Origin: Rhodocyclaceae bacterium
Lineage (GTDB): Bacteria > Pseudomonadota > Gammaproteobacteria > Burkholderiales > Rhodocyclaceae
Length of the DNA stretch: 64,000 nt
Direction of reading: 5' to 3'
Assembly (NCBI GenBank): GCA_035530135.1
Contig: DATKVJ010000155.1
Coordinates: 35,020 to 99,019 of the forward strand
The translations under genes were made by a program, and so were the position numbers. Of the stretch, positions 1-11,803 are shown piece by piece. The notes below the pieces were generated by a model, which did no database searches, was not told the DNA's origin, and saw nothing but the letters and a program-made list of their open reading frames with translations. Within the stretch, counting starts at the first letter, position 1, and every line of letters starts with the position of its first letter.

Positions 1-694
1 CGGCGGCCCGCCCGTTCTCGATCAGCGCGCGTTGCGCCTGGGCTTCGCGCACCAGGTGCAGATTGCCCCGGCGCAGGGCCGGCTCCAGGTAGGCTCGGGC
101 GGCGTTGCAGCGCTCGCCGTCGATCTGGGTCACCTGGAACAGGCCCACGCCCTCCTGTTCGGCGCCGTTGAAATCCGGATTCAGTCGGTGGCCGCATTGC
201 ATGGCGGCGTCGAGGAAGACCTGGTTGAAGGGGCTGGGCGAACGCGGCTTGCAGACCTTGAGCGGGCCGTCGGTGCCGTGCCACTCGTCGTGCCAGTCGG
301 CATTGCCCTCGGAACGCCGGAAGTACGGCAGGACCTCCGCCCAGGACCAGCCCGGACAGCCGGCTTCTCGCCACTGGTCATAGTCCTGCGGGTGGCCACG
401 GGTGTAGATCATCGCGTTGATCGAGGAACTGCCGCCCACCACCTTGCCGCGCGGCTGGTAGCTGCAGCGCCCGTTCAATCCCGCTTGCGGCACGGTCTCG
501 AAGGCCCAGTTCATGCGCCGCCTCGGCACGGTGCCGATCATCCCCGCCGGCGTCGTGACCCAGGCCGACTGGTCGCTGACACCCGCCTCGATCAGCGCGA
601 CGCGCACCGAGGGATCTTCGGAGAGCCGCGCGGCCATGACGCAGCCGGCCGAACCGGCGCCGACGATCACGTAGTCGTATTCGCTGTTTTCCAT
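1..694 (-). CDS. GMC-family FAD oxidoreductase (choline dehydrogenase-like), N-terminal part; 3' end lies outside the window
   Basis: Absent from the ORF track because it runs off the edge. My reverse-strand translation from the ATG at 694-692 reads MENSEYDYVIVGAGSAGCVMAARLSEDPSVRVALIEAG...VVGGSSSINAMIYTRG. This shows the GxGxxG FAD fold plus a GMC signature. Confidence 0.8.
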   Translation of the reverse strand, partial: MENSEYDYVIVGAGSAGCVMAARLSEDPSVRVALIEAGVSDQSAWVTTPAGMIGTVPRRRMNWAFETVPQAGLNGRCSYQPRGKVVGGSSSINAMIYTRGHPQDYDQWREAGCPGWSWAEVLPYFRRSEGNADWHDEWHGTDGPLKVCKPRSPSPFNQVFLDAAMQCGHRLNPDFNGAEQEGVGLFQVTQIDGERCNAARAYLEPALRRGNLHLVREAQAQRALIENGRAA

Positions 695-753
695 TGTTGC
701 CTCCCTGCCAGCGGGGGACCCATACCGGGCGGATGGCGCGTCGAGGATTCGCC

Positions 754-1017
754 TCAGCCTTCCTCGGGCGTCCGGGCGACGATGCTGAGCGCGTGGATCT
801 CCCGTTTCATCATGGCGCCGAGGGCGTCGTATACCAGGCGATGACGGGCGAGGGTGGGCAAGCCGGCGAACAGCGGCGAGACGATGCTGATGCGGTAGTG
901 GCCGCCACCGCTGGCAGCGCCGGCGTGGCCGGCGTGCTTGGCGCTGTCGTCTGCGATGTCGAGCTGCTGCGGCGCCAGGACGGCGAGCCGTTCGCGCATC
1001 GCGGCGATGACCGTCAC
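754..1017 (-). CDS. BolA family protein
   Basis: 87 aa with the DDSAKHAGHAG...HYRISIVSPLFAGL..RHRLVY...IHALSI pattern typical of BolA/IbaG. The GTG start overlaps the yciI stop (GTGA). Confidence 0.8.
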   Translation of the reverse strand: MTVIAAMRERLAVLAPQQLDIADDSAKHAGHAGAASGGGHYRISIVSPLFAGLPTLARHRLVYDALGAMMKREIHALSIVARTPEEG

Positions 1018-1319
1018 TGCGGATAGACCTGCTTGAAGGGCCGCACCCAGGTGCGGGCATACACGCCTTCGGTGACGTAGGGATCCGCCGCCAGCCAGTC
1101 CTGCGCCGCCGCGAGCGAGGCGAATTCGGCGATGATCAGGCTGCCGAAGAAGCCGGCCGGACCGGGGTCCTGCGCGTCGATCGCCGGCATCGGCCCGGCC
1201 AGCACCAGGCGTCCCTCGGACTGCAGCTGCTCGAGCCGGGCGCGGTGCGCGGCGCGCACCGTCAGGCGTTGCTCCATTGCCCCGGGCGCGTCCTCGCCGA
1301 ACAGGACGTAGCGCGTCAC
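1014..1319 (-). CDS. yciI: YciI family protein
   Basis: The C-terminal 101 aa of ORF 1014..1742 ([10 protein letters not shown]...[65 protein letters not shown]) align closely to E. coli YciI. The GTG start overlaps the yciB stop. Confidence 0.85.
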   Translation of the reverse strand: MTRYVLFGEDAPGAMEQRLTVRAAHRARLEQLQSEGRLVLAGPMPAIDAQDPGPAGFFGSLIIAEFASLAAAQDWLAADPYVTEGVYARTWVRPFKQVYPQ

Positions 1320-1942
1320 GGCTTCTCCTCGAGGTATCTCGACAGGAACATGCCCTGGATCACGACGAAAGCCAGCATCAGCCCCATGCTGCCGAACAGC
1401 TTGAAATTGACCCAGACCTCGGTGGACAGGTGGAAGGCGAAGGCTATCAGCAGGTTGAGTACGCCCATCAGCGCGAAGAAGCCGGCCCAGGCCAGATTGA
1501 GCCGGCGCCAGACCGGCTCGGGCAACTGCATCTGGGCTTCGAGCATGTTGCGGATCAGGTTCTTGTTCATCAGGCGCTCGGAGACCAGCAGCACCGCCGC
1601 GAACGCCCAGTAGAGCACCGTCGGCTTCCACTTGATGAAGACCTCGTCGTGGAGGATCAGGGTCAAGCCGCCGAAAAACACCACCAGGACGAGGCTCAGC
1701 CAGAGCATCTTGTCGACCCGCCCGTGGCGCAGCCGGACCCAACCGATCTGCAGGGCGGTGGCGAGAATGACCACCAGCGTGGCGACCATGATCGGTCCTT
1801 GTTTGACCGCGATCCCGGTGCCCAGGCCGACCACGCCGAGTACTTGGCTGATCAGACCGGCGGCGCCCTGGGCGTGGGCTTCCGAAATCTTGAAGGCGGC
1901 GAAGAAGAGCGCGACGGGCAACAGGTCGAAGAGGAATTTCAT
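1316..1942 (-). CDS. yciB: Intracellular septation protein A (YciB/IspZ)
   Basis: 208 aa polytopic membrane protein. [14 protein letters not shown]...KWKPTVLYW is the YciB signature, and yciB-yciI-bolA synteny is conserved. Confidence 0.85.
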   Translation of the reverse strand: MKFLFDLLPVALFFAAFKISEAHAQGAAGLISQVLGVVGLGTGIAVKQGPIMVATLVVILATALQIGWVRLRHGRVDKMLWLSLVLVVFFGGLTLILHDEVFIKWKPTVLYWAFAAVLLVSERLMNKNLIRNMLEAQMQLPEPVWRRLNLAWAGFFALMGVLNLLIAFAFHLSTEVWVNFKLFGSMGLMLAFVVIQGMFLSRYLEEKP

Positions 1943-1949
1943 GATCGGA

Positions 1950-2342
1950 TTATACCGCCGTCTTCTTTTCCAGCTTCAGGGAGGCCGAGTTGATGCAGTA
2001 ACGCAGGCCGCCGGGGGCCGGTCCGTCGGGAAACAGGTGGCCCAGATGGGCGCCGCACTGGCCGCATATCACTTCGGTGCGGACCATGCCGTGACTGGTG
2101 TCGGGGGCCTCGATGATGTCGCCGGTGGGCTCGGTGAAGCTCGGCCAGCCGCAGCCGGAATCGTATTTCCGGGACGAGTCGAACAGCGGCGCGTCGCAGC
2201 AGACGCAGCGGAACACGCCGGCATCGTGGCAGTCCCAGTATTGGCCGCTATAGGCGGGCTCGGTGCCCTTCTCCCGGGTGACGTGATACTGCTGTTGGCT
2301 GAGCTGGGCGCGCCATTCGGCATCGCTCTTGTTACGGGACAT
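1950..2342 (-). CDS. msrB: Peptide-methionine (R)-S-oxide reductase MsrB
   Basis: The last 130 aa of ORF 1950..3602: [62 protein letters not shown]...[10 protein letters not shown]. It has two CxxC Zn motifs and the catalytic GCGWPSF. Confidence 0.9.
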   Translation of the reverse strand: MSRNKSDAEWRAQLSQQQYHVTREKGTEPAYSGQYWDCHDAGVFRCVCCDAPLFDSSRKYDSGCGWPSFTEPTGDIIEAPDTSHGMVRTEVICGQCGAHLGHLFPDGPAPGGLRYCINSASLKLEKKTAV

Positions 2343-2459
2343 GGCGTTCTCCGGACGGTTGCTGGGGCGGGGACGTATAATCGGGCGGATGAAGATCCTC
2401 TCAGAGTCCGCGGTCGGCGTTAAGTTCATTTTTCCCGCCGGCTGCGCTGGGGCGGCCTG

Positions 2460-3707
2460 ATGCGCGTCGCCGTGCTCGGCGCCGGGGTGGTCGGCGTCAC
2501 CGCCGCCTGGTACCTGGCCGAGGCCGGCCACGAGGTCGTGGTGATCGATCGGCAGCCGGCCGCGGCGCAGGAAACCAGTTTCGCCAACGGCGGCCAGATC
2601 TCGGTCAGCCACGCCGAGCCCTGGGCCGGTCCGGGGGCGCCGCTGAAGATCCTGAAATGGCTCGGCCGCGAGGATGCGCCGCTGCTCTGGCGTCTCAGCG
2701 CCGATTCCCGGCAATGGGCGTGGGGCTTGTCCTTCCTGCGCCAATGCACGACGGCCAGGATGCACGCCAACGTCGTCGCCATCCTGCGCCTGGCGCTTTA
2801 CAGCCGCGCCGCCTTGCAGGCGCTGCGGCGCGACACCGGCATCGCCTACGAAGCGCAGCAGCGCGGCATCCTGCACATCTATTCCGACGCGGCGGAGTTC
2901 GCCCACGCCGTGCCCCAGGCGGCGCTGATGCGCGAATACGGCTGCGAGCGGGTGGTCAAGAGCGCCGCCGAGTGCCTCGAGATCGAACCGGCCTTGGCCC
3001 GGAGCCGGGTAAAATTGGTCGGCGGCACCTATACCGCGGGCGACGAGTCGGGCGATGCCTGCAAGTTCACCCAGGCGCTGGCCGAGCGCTGCGCCGGGCG
3101 CGGCGTCGAATTCCGCTACGGACTGGGGATCGACAGCTTGCTGGAGGCGAGCGACCGCATCTCCGGGGTGCGCCTGGCCGGTGGCGAGACGCTCAAGGCC
3201 GATGCCTACGTCGCCGCGCTGGGCAGCTACACGCCGCTCTTGCTGCGGCCGCTGGGGCTTCGTCTGCCGGTTTATCCGGCCAAGGGCTATTCCGCGACCA
3301 TACCGCTCGATGCCGACAGCGTGGCGCCCTTCGTCAGCCTCACCGACGACCAGCACAAGCTGGTGTTCTCGCGCCTGGGCCAGCGGCTGCGCGTGGCCGG
3401 CACGGCGGAATTCGCCGGCTACGACACCGCTCTGAACGAGGCGCGCTGCCAGGCTCTGCTGGCGCGCGCGCTCACCCTGTTTCCGCGCGTCGGGCGGTGC
3501 CAGGAGGTGGAGTTCTGGGCCGGGCTGCGGCCGGCGACGCCGAGCAACGTACCGCTGATCGGCGCCACCCGCTACCGCAACCTGTTCGTCGATACTGGCC
3601 ACGGTACGCTCGGCTGGACCATGGCCTGCGGTTCCGGGCGGCTCATCGCCGACCTGGTCTCGGGTCGGGTACCGGAGATCGACGCGCGGGACTACCTGCC
3701 GCGCTGA
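2460..3707 (+). CDS. dadA: D-amino acid dehydrogenase-like FAD oxidoreductase
   Basis: 415 aa. The N-terminal [31 protein letters not shown] dinucleotide fold and the C-terminal [24 protein letters not shown] match DadA. Confidence 0.85.
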   Translation: MRVAVLGAGVVGVTAAWYLAEAGHEVVVIDRQPAAAQETSFANGGQISVSHAEPWAGPGAPLKILKWLGREDAPLLWRLSADSRQWAWGLSFLRQCTTARMHANVVAILRLALYSRAALQALRRDTGIAYEAQQRGILHIYSDAAEFAHAVPQAALMREYGCERVVKSAAECLEIEPALARSRVKLVGGTYTAGDESGDACKFTQALAERCAGRGVEFRYGLGIDSLLEASDRISGVRLAGGETLKADAYVAALGSYTPLLLRPLGLRLPVYPAKGYSATIPLDADSVAPFVSLTDDQHKLVFSRLGQRLRVAGTAEFAGYDTALNEARCQALLARALTLFPRVGRCQEVEFWAGLRPATPSNVPLIGATRYRNLFVDTGHGTLGWTMACGSGRLIADLVSGRVPEIDARDYLPR

Positions 3708-5025
3708 TTTCCCCCGGCCTGGCGGCGACCACCAGATAGCCGTTCACCGCCACGCCCAACTCGACCCTGATCGACACCGGAGAGACGCTGCGGGCCTCGA
3801 AGCCGTGGGCCTTCAGCGCGGCGTCGAGATAGGCCGGGCCGTGGCCGTAGCGGCCGTTGGGCTTGATGCCGTAGCCGTCCTCGCCCGCCGCCGCCGGCGG
3901 CTCTTCGAGCGTGAACAGCAGCAGCCCCGCAGCCCGCAGGCTGTCGTGGGCGGCGGCGAATACCGGTTCCAGGGTGCCGAAGTAGATCAGCGTGTCGGCG
4001 ATCACGATCAGGTCGAAGGCGCCGGGATGGCCGGCGAGGTAGCCCGAGAGTTCCGCCCTCACCAGCTCGTCATACACGTCCCTGTCGCCTGCCAGCGCCA
4101 GCATCTTGGACGACAGATCCACCCCGGTCAGGCGGCTCGCGTAGGGGGCGAGTTCCAGGCCGCACAGGCCGGTGCCGCAGCCGGCATCGAGCACCGCGAG
4201 CCGGCGTTCGGGCGGCAGCAGATCGGCCAGGGTCTGCGCCAGCAACGCCGGCACATGGTAGGACAGGCCCGCCAGCTGACCGTCGAAGCGTTCGGCGAAT
4301 GCGTCGAAGCTCTGTTCGACATAGGCATCGGCGGCGCGCGCCGGAACGTCCTGGCCGGAGCAGGCGGCGAGCAGGTGCCGGGCAATCGGGTTGCCGGGTT
4401 CCTCGGCCAGCCATTGGCGATAGACCGCCGTCGCCTGATCGATCATGCCCAGGGTGTAGTAGGCGATGCCCAGCATCTTTTTAGGCTTGCCCTCGACCGG
4501 ACCCTCGACGTAGGCCCGGCAAAGGTACTCGGCGGCTTCCCGGGAATCGCCGCGGGCGGAGAGCAGCCGGCCAAGATTGTCCAGGGCGGCGACGAAATGT
4601 GGATCGATCGCGATTGCCTGCCGGTAGGCGTAATCCGCTTCTTCGCGTTGCGCCCGAGCCTCCAGGACGGCGCCGAGATTGTTCCAGAAGCCGGCGTCAT
4701 TCCGCTGCAGTTCGATGGCGCGAAGGAATGCTGCCGTCGCTTCCTCCAGCGCGCCGCGCTGGAAGAGGATGTTGCCCAGGTCGTTGTACCGGTCGGGCCG
4801 CTCCGGCTGCAGTTCCATCGCCCGCCCGATCAGACCGAGGGCCTCGTCGCTGCGGCCCCCCTGATGCAGCAGGACGCCGAGCAGGTGCAGCGTCTCCGGA
4901 TGATCGGGCGCGGTCGACAGCAGCCGGCGATAGCCCCGCTCCGCCGCCGCCAGATCGCCCCGGGCGTGGGCAGCGAAGGCGAGTTCCAGAAGCTCGGCAG
5001 GCGACGGCGGCTCGCTCCGCACCAT
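3643..5025 (-). CDS. TPR-repeat protein fused to a class I SAM-dependent methyltransferase
   Basis: 460 aa. The N-terminal half has repeated TPR-like AxxxYxxAL..xP units. The C-terminal half has SAM motif I ([12 protein letters not shown]) and [12 protein letters not shown]. Confidence 0.75.
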   Translation of the reverse strand: MVRSEPPSPAELLELAFAAHARGDLAAAERGYRRLLSTAPDHPETLHLLGVLLHQGGRSDEALGLIGRAMELQPERPDRYNDLGNILFQRGALEEATAAFLRAIELQRNDAGFWNNLGAVLEARAQREEADYAYRQAIAIDPHFVAALDNLGRLLSARGDSREAAEYLCRAYVEGPVEGKPKKMLGIAYYTLGMIDQATAVYRQWLAEEPGNPIARHLLAACSGQDVPARAADAYVEQSFDAFAERFDGQLAGLSYHVPALLAQTLADLLPPERRLAVLDAGCGTGLCGLELAPYASRLTGVDLSSKMLALAGDRDVYDELVRAELSGYLAGHPGAFDLIVIADTLIYFGTLEPVFAAAHDSLRAAGLLLFTLEEPPAAAGEDGYGIKPNGRYGHGPAYLDAALKAHGFEARSVSPVSIRVELGVAVNGYLVVAARPGEISAAGSPARRSPVPDPRPGRR

Positions 5026-5041
5026 GGCCGGGCGCGCGGTC

Positions 5042-6205
5042 TCAGTGCAGGTGTCTCGACACCGAGGCCTCCTGCTCCTCGGGCATCTCGGCGTGTACCG
5101 ATTCCCCGTCCGGATTGGGATAGAGCGGGGCGCCGCAGTCGTCGCAATATTCTAGCGGCAGGCGGTGATCGAGAACGGTCACCTCGGCCACGCCGATATC
5201 GCGCAGCAGCGCTTCGATCTGGGTGGCGATCTCGCTACTCTCGTCCTCGCCATCGAGCAGGGGCCAGACCGCGCCGTGCACCATTTCACCAGAGGCCTTG
5301 AGCAGGAAACCGATGCGGTACTCTTCCAGCTGCCGGTCATAGTAGGGCGCGATCACGGTGCGCAGCGCCGTCGGCGTCAGGTTCAGCGTGGTGCACAGGA
5401 AGGCCACCGAGGCGCGCAAGGAATAGGGACGCGAGAGGTGGTCAGATTCGCGGCAGCCGGCGTGGTAGGACTGCGGCAGCAGGAGCTCGCTGGCGCAGCC
5501 GGGCAAGAGCGGCCGCAGGGCCTCGCCGCCCTGGGCGCGCCATTCGCGTAGCGCGGTCGCGCGGTCGCCGTCCTCTTCCTGCCAGCGAAACAGCGCCCCG
5601 CCGCGCGGCGCCGCGAGCACCCCGATCAGGTAGCGCGTGTCCGAGAGAAAACTCGCGGTTTCGGCCATCTGGCCCGGGTCGATGTGCAGGTCGCGGCCGT
5701 GCAGCGCGGCTTTGGCGAGCTTTTCGGTCAGGGACGCGGTGTCGCAGTAGCTCTGCGGCAACTGGTCCGGGCTGTAGAGAAAATCGGCCAGGCCGAGACG
5801 AACGTCGCGCGCCAGCACGTGCGCCTGCAATTGCCCCCTGGCGCTGGCGAGCACGGCGGCATTGACGCTGCCCGAGGGGATGGCGAAGCGGGACCAGGCC
5901 AGCAGGGGGGCGATGAACAGCAGCAGGTCGTGCTCGTCGTCCGGGCGAATTTCGCTGCGCGCCTCGGTCAGGTCGGCCAGGGCGTCGTAGGCGCGGTCCT
6001 GGCTGCCGTAGAGCTGGTCGAGGGCGGCGGTCAGCGCCGCTTCGTCGCGGTCCTTGAGCAGGCGGTCGATCAGGGCGGCCAGGCGGGTCTCCCAGAAAAC
6101 CTCTTCGAGGCGGCCGTTCGACTGCGCAAGGCCAGTCGCCAGGCGGATCAACTGCTCGGTGTCGGGCGTGGGTTTGGCACGGCGGGGAGGGCGTGAGCGT
6201 TTCAT
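5042..6205 (-). CDS. DUF2863 family protein
   Basis: Start taken at MKRSRPPRRAKP (ATG at 6205-6203). Length and sequence resemble the conserved betaproteobacterial DUF2863 family, assigned from memory of that family. Confidence 0.6.
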   Translation of the reverse strand: MKRSRPPRRAKPTPDTEQLIRLATGLAQSNGRLEEVFWETRLAALIDRLLKDRDEAALTAALDQLYGSQDRAYDALADLTEARSEIRPDDEHDLLLFIAPLLAWSRFAIPSGSVNAAVLASARGQLQAHVLARDVRLGLADFLYSPDQLPQSYCDTASLTEKLAKAALHGRDLHIDPGQMAETASFLSDTRYLIGVLAAPRGGALFRWQEEDGDRATALREWRAQGGEALRPLLPGCASELLLPQSYHAGCRESDHLSRPYSLRASVAFLCTTLNLTPTALRTVIAPYYDRQLEEYRIGFLLKASGEMVHGAVWPLLDGEDESSEIATQIEALLRDIGVAEVTVLDHRLPLEYCDDCGAPLYPNPDGESVHAEMPEEQEASVSRHLH

Positions 6206-6319
6206 GGCGGCCGTGATTGTTTCGGGACCGGGTATTTTAGCAGGCGGTGAATAATAATTCCGAAGCGTGGCGTGACGCCAGGCTGCTAACATCCGGGTTT
6301 CCCCGCCACGATCATCGAC

Positions 6320-6562
6320 ATGTCCGGACGCAACAAGCCCGCCGCTGCAGCGTCAGCCACCTTCGTCATCCGCGGCGATTACATCCAACTCGATCATCTG
6401 CTCAAGGCCGCCGGCCTGGTTGCTTCTGGCGGGGCTGCGCACGCCGAGGTCGATGCCGGCAGGGTCCGGGTGGACGGCAGGGTCGAAAGCCGCAAGCGCG
6501 CCAAGCTGCGCCCCGGCCAGCAGGTGGATTACGACGGCAAGAGCGTGGTGCTAGCGAGCTAG
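6320..6562 (+). CDS. RNA-binding S4 domain protein (YbcJ-like)
   Basis: 80 aa. The FVIRGDYIQLDHLLKAAGLVASGGAAHAEVDAGRVRVDGRVESRKRAKLRPG pattern matches small S4-domain proteins. Confidence 0.7.
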   Translation: MSGRNKPAAAASATFVIRGDYIQLDHLLKAAGLVASGGAAHAEVDAGRVRVDGRVESRKRAKLRPGQQVDYDGKSVVLAS

Positions 6563-7263
6563 GCGCCCAGGCGCCGCCGCGCCGCCTTTTCCATCTGCTG
6601 TTTCTCGGCGAGTACCTTGTTGGCGTAGGTCCGCTCCGGGTCGTCGCTGTCGCCGGCGAACTGCTGCAAGCCCGGGATCAAGCCACCCATGCGCCGGATC
6701 GACTCGCGCAACACCTGGGCGCCGACCTCGATATTGACCACGGGATCGAACAGCGTCAGCGTGCCGGCCCCCTCGGGCAGTTTGTCATGGTGCCAGCGCG
6801 GCATCACCTGCATCAAGCCCTGCGCGCCGACCACGCTCTCGGCGAAGGGATTGAAGCGTGACTCGATGGCAATAACCGCGACGATCAGCAGTGGATCGAG
6901 GTGCATCCGCCGTCCCGCCTCCTGGGCAGCGAGAAAGACCGGGTCGAGCGCTTCGGCCGAGACGCGATAGCGACGCGACGCGAAATCCAGCGCGGCGCGC
7001 ATCTCCGGCGTCAAAGTAGCGGTGCTATCGGGCTCGGCGTAGAGCGCGTTCTTGAGCGCGTCGTTGCCCTGGCTGACGCTCGCCTGACCGGGCGGGATTT
7101 GCAGCGACTTTAGGGTATCGAGGGCGTCGGGGTTTCTGACCAGCAGCGCGGCCAGTGCCAGGCTGAGGATGAGGCCCGAGGCCATCAGACCGCCTTGCAT
7201 GAAGTTCAGGACAAGTAGCGTCCTCTGTCTCACCCACTTGCTGAGCAGGATCGCTTGGGACAT
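6559..7263 (-). CDS. Lytic transglycosylase domain protein (SLT family)
   Basis: Start at MSQAILL (7263). It has an N-terminal TM segment and the SLT catalytic region IAIESRFNPFAESVVGAQGLMQVMP. Confidence 0.8.
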   Translation of the reverse strand: MSQAILLSKWVRQRTLLVLNFMQGGLMASGLILSLALAALLVRNPDALDTLKSLQIPPGQASVSQGNDALKNALYAEPDSTATLTPEMRAALDFASRRYRVSAEALDPVFLAAQEAGRRMHLDPLLIVAVIAIESRFNPFAESVVGAQGLMQVMPRWHHDKLPEGAGTLTLFDPVVNIEVGAQVLRESIRRMGGLIPGLQQFAGDSDDPERTYANKVLAEKQQMEKAARRRLGA

Positions 7264-7488
7264 GTGTTCTCCTTCTCTGTCGGCTTCACGCACGGGCCTG
7301 CCGCTGACCTGCCGGCGGCAAGTCGAGGCGCTGGGCGAGGCGATGCCTCGCTGCGTGAAGAACGGTTCAAACCACTGCGGCCGCGGCTATCTTGCCTGGA
7401 GGGCGACGGGCCTAGGCACTTCCGCAACGGTCATGTTGATGCAGCGCAACAATTATACACTAAAGTTTAGACTGGCGGCGGTAAGGCT

Positions 7489-8744
<1,256 letters not shown>

Positions 8745-8748
<4 letters not shown>

Positions 8749-9335
8749 GTCGGTTCCAGTCTTTCCAATTCTTCCGGGGTATTGATGTTGGCGAAGGCGG
8801 CTTCTTCGTCGAAGGGCACTTCGGTCACCCTCAGAGCGGCGTACCAGGCGTCGACCTTGCGTCCGCCGCCCTCGAGGTAGAGGATCAGGTTGTCGCGCAG
8901 GTCTGCACGGCAAAGGGCGAACACCGGCTGCGTCCGGCCGCCGGTTTGCGCCACCGCCAGCTGCGCATCCGTCTCTTGCAGCGCCGCGTGCAATCTGGCG
9001 ACCAGATCGAGGGGCAGGAAGGGCGAATCGCAGGGTGCGGTCACCAGGAGCGGCGTGGCGCAGGCGCACAGCCCCGCGTGCAGGCCGGCGAGCGGCCCGG
9101 CGAAGTTTCCGACGGCATCCATGATCACCGGATGGCCGAACGCGGCGTAGGCCTCGCGATTCTGGTTGGCGTTGATGATCAACGCATCGACCTGAGGCGC
9201 CAGGCGGGCGATCGTGTGCGCCACCAGCGGCTGGCCGCGAAACAGCAGCAGGCCCTTGTCGCCGCCGCCCATGCGCCGGCCCAGCCCGCCCGCCAGCACC
9301 AGCCCGGTCACGGCGCCGTCGTTGCGCTCATTCAT
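8745..9335 (-). CDS. mobA: Molybdenum cofactor guanylyltransferase MobA
   Basis: 196 aa with LVLAGGLGRRMGGGDKGLL and PCDSPFLP motifs. Confidence 0.9.
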
Positions 9336-10149
9336 CTGAGGCTAGTCCTGTGAAACGCTTGTGGCCGGTGAATAACAGATAGTGCTTGCCCTGGGCGCGG
9401 CCGATCATGGTCAGGCCGAGCCGCTGGGCGATCGCGTGGCCCATCTGGGTGAGGCCCGAGCGCGAGACCAGGACCGGGATGCCCATTTGCGCCGTCTTGA
9501 TGACCATCTCGGACGTGAGTCGGCCGGTGGTGTAGAAGATCTTGTCGGCGCCGGTGACGGCGTCGAGCCACATCTGGCCGGCGATGGCGTCCACCGCGTT
9601 GTGCCGGCCGACGTCCTCGACGAACATCAGGATCTCGCCGCCCGGCCCCGCCAGCGCGCAGCCATGCACGGCGCCGGCCTCCTTGTAGATGGACTCGTGG
9701 CGACGGACGTTGTCGAGCAGGACGGCGAGCGTCGTTTGATCGAGACGGCCGTCGTCGGGCAGGACGATTTTTTCCAGGTTTTCCATCAAGTCGCCGAACA
9801 TCGTGCCTTGGCCGCAGCCGGTGGTGACGGTGCGGTGGCCCATCTGCGTGGTCACGTCCTTGTCGCCGCCACGGGTGGTGACCGCGGCCGAGTCGGTCTC
9901 CCAATCGACCTGCACCGCTGCGATTTCCTCGATGTCATCCACCAGGCGCTGGTTGCGCAGGTAGCCGAGCACCAGCGCCTCTGGCGCGGCGCCCAGGGTC
10001 ATCAGGGTGACGATCTCGCGGCGATCGAGATAGAGCGTCAACGGATGTTCGCCGGCGATTGGCGTCGGCACGGTCTCGCCCCGTTCGTTGATCGCGTCGA
10101 CGGTCACGGTGGCGGGGCGGGCTGAGGCGGTGAGCGAGGGACGAGGCAT
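9328..10149 (-). CDS. fdhD: Formate dehydrogenase accessory sulfurtransferase FdhD
   Basis: EDVGRHNAVDA and TGRLTSEMVIKTAQMGIPVLVSRS are FdhD signatures. Start taken at MPRPSL; the ORF could extend to 10203. Confidence 0.9.
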   Translation of the reverse strand: MPRPSLTASARPATVTVDAINERGETVPTPIAGEHPLTLYLDRREIVTLMTLGAAPEALVLGYLRNQRLVDDIEEIAAVQVDWETDSAAVTTRGGDKDVTTQMGHRTVTTGCGQGTMFGDLMENLEKIVLPDDGRLDQTTLAVLLDNVRRHESIYKEAGAVHGCALAGPGGEILMFVEDVGRHNAVDAIAGQMWLDAVTGADKIFYTTGRLTSEMVIKTAQMGIPVLVSRSGLTQMGHAIAQRLGLTMIGRAQGKHYLLFTGHKRFTGLASDE

Positions 10150-10210
10150 CGGTCGGTGTGCGGTCGGGGGGGAAGGAGAGTGGCGATGGTATGCGAGCGC
10201 CACCCGTGTC

Positions 10211-11287
10211 TTAACCGCCGATGTAGGACATCTCGATTTTTTTCAGGGCAGCGGTCTCGGCCGTGCGGATCTCTGAATAGCGGTCGCTACGGGCTTCCCA
10301 GACGGCGCCGATCGCCGCGGCGATTTCCCGATCCGACTTGTCCGTGCGCAGCAGCGCGCGCAGGTCGTGACCGCCCTGGGCGAACAGGCAGGTGTAGAGC
10401 TTGCCCTCGGTGGACAGGCGTGCCCGCGTGCAGCTCGAACAGAAGGCCTGGGTCACAGACGAGATGACGCCGATTTCGCCGCCGCCGTCTTTGTAGCGCC
10501 AGCGCGCGGCCACTTCGCCGGGATAATTGGCGCCGACCGCTTCGAGCGGCATCTCGGCATCGATGAGACGCAGCAACTCGGCCGAGGGTAGCACCTCGTC
10601 CAGCTTCCAGCCGTTGTGGCTGCCGACATCCATGAATTCGATGAAGCGCAGGATGTGGCCGCTGCCCAGGAAATGGCGCGCCATCGGCAAGATAGCGTGA
10701 TCGTTGGTGCCGCGTTTGACCACCATGTTGATCTTGATCGGCGCCAGGCCCGCCGCCTCGGCCGCCGCGATGCCGTCGAGCACCTGGGCCACCGGGAAGT
10801 CGACGTCGTTCATCTTGCGGAAGGTCGGGTCGTCGAGGGCGTCCAGGCTCACCGTCACCCGCTGCAAGCCAGCCTCGCGCAAGGTCCGGGCCTTTTTGGC
10901 CAGCAGTGAGCCGTTGGTGGTGAGCGTCAGTTCGAGGCCGGGGATGGTCGCCAGCATCTCCACCAGCCGCTCGATGTTGCGCCGGAGCAGCGGCTCGCCG
11001 CCGGTCAGGCGGATCTTGGTGACGCCGCGCTCGGCGAACAGCCGGGCGATGCGGAAGACCTCCTCGAAAGAGAGCAAGTCGCCATGTTGTAGGAAGGGGT
11101 AATCGCGGCCGAAAACGGTCTTCGGCATGCAATAGACGCAGCGGAAGTTGCAGCGGTCGGTGACCGAGATGCGCAGGTCCGCCAGGCGCCGGCCGCGCGT
11201 GTCCGCGAGCGGCCCGGTGGCTGCGCCGTCGGTGGGCGGTGGGCTGACGCTGCGGCTGTCAATGATTGGAATTACCCGATCGTTCAT
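10211..11287 (-). CDS. moaA: GTP 3',8-cyclase MoaA (radical SAM)
   Basis: Start at MNDRVIP. It has the radical-SAM motif [10 protein letters not shown] and the C-terminal cluster [20 protein letters not shown]. Confidence 0.9.
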   Translation of the reverse strand: MNDRVIPIIDSRSVSPPPTDGAATGPLADTRGRRLADLRISVTDRCNFRCVYCMPKTVFGRDYPFLQHGDLLSFEEVFRIARLFAERGVTKIRLTGGEPLLRRNIERLVEMLATIPGLELTLTTNGSLLAKKARTLREAGLQRVTVSLDALDDPTFRKMNDVDFPVAQVLDGIAAAEAAGLAPIKINMVVKRGTNDHAILPMARHFLGSGHILRFIEFMDVGSHNGWKLDEVLPSAELLRLIDAEMPLEAVGANYPGEVAARWRYKDGGGEIGVISSVTQAFCSSCTRARLSTEGKLYTCLFAQGGHDLRALLRTDKSDREIAAAIGAVWEARSDRYSEIRTAETAALKKIEMSYIGG

Positions 11288-11332
11288 GCTTGGGTTAAGC
11301 TTGTGGCAATCAATTGCGAGGATGGGCGGACG

Positions 11333-11803
11333 ATGTCGTCGGTCTCGGAAGACGCGATTACGCTGGCAGTGATTATGGAGCGGAAGCGGGTCACCAGCAA
11401 GTGGATCGATCATCGCTGGGAGGCCGTCGCCGTCGTGCCCGATCCGCAGGATGCCGCAGCCGGGCCGCGCAGGATCTACGAGGACGTCGCCGAGCGCTGG
11501 CTATATCCAGGACTGGAGTTGCGCCTTCACGGCGACGAGGCGGAGAACTACCTGCTCAATATCGGCGCTCCACAGCCGCGGGTATTCGTGATGTGGCGCT
11601 TGGAGGACGAGATGGCGCGACCCCAAATGCTTACCGTGAGCTATGGCGAGGCTGCGCGGATGATGGATGCCAGCGAGCAGGTGGATGGGGTGCCGCTGCC
11701 GCTGGATCTGTTCGGATGGGTTGCGGATTTCGCCTGGTGCCATTTCCGGCCACCGGAACACAAGGGCGGCCGCTACGCCAGCAGCAGGCCGGTGGAGGAG
11801 TGA
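11333..11803 (+). CDS. DUF3305-like protein
   Basis: About 156 aa of [32 protein letters not shown].... Its position upstream of DUF3306/polyferredoxin/FDH matches my recollection of this family. An alternative GTG start lies at 11303. Confidence 0.6.
   Translation: MSSVSEDAITLAVIMERKRVTSKWIDHRWEAVAVVPDPQDAAAGPRRIYEDVAERWLYPGLELRLHGDEAENYLLNIGAPQPRVFVMWRLEDEMARPQMLTVSYGEAARMMDASEQVDGVPLPLDLFGWVADFAWCHFRPPEHKGGRYASSRPVEE

Noticed and set aside
695-753. Short similarity (GTCCCCC...GGAGG..ATG on the minus strand) between the bolA/GMC spacer and the 3' part of the repeated element
   Set aside because: Only generic GC-rich and SD features match. None of the diagnostic blocks (GTGAC, GTTCAGCC, GGCTTCC, GGCCCTTCGG) is present.
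2359-2381. TATAAT hexamer (2376-2381) with TTGCTG upstream, considered as a dadA promoter
   Set aside because: The spacer between the hexamers is only 11 nt, and no alternative -35 box lies at 16-18 nt.
2343-3602. N-terminal 420 aa of the 550-aa ORF 1950..3602
   Set aside because: Only the last 130 aa are MsrB. The upstream part is antisense to dadA and has no homology-like features. The real start is the ATG at 2342.
7335-7351. Hairpin GCGAGGC-gat-GCCTCGC in the moeA/lytic transglycosylase spacer, considered as a terminator
   Set aside because: There is no T-tract on either strand. It may still be structural, but it cannot be called a terminator.
11301-11316. FNR/CRP-like site TTGTGGCAATCAATTG in the 45-bp moaA/DUF3305 divergent spacer
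   Set aside because: The half-sites TTGTG and ATCAA are separated by 3 nt, not 4. Only the GCAAT-ca-ATTGC inverted repeat is real. That is not enough to call an FNR box.
11288-11332. Moco riboswitch upstream of moaA
   Set aside because: Only 45 nt separate moaA from the divergent gene. That is far too short for the ~130-nt Moco RNA motif, and no conserved motif elements were seen.
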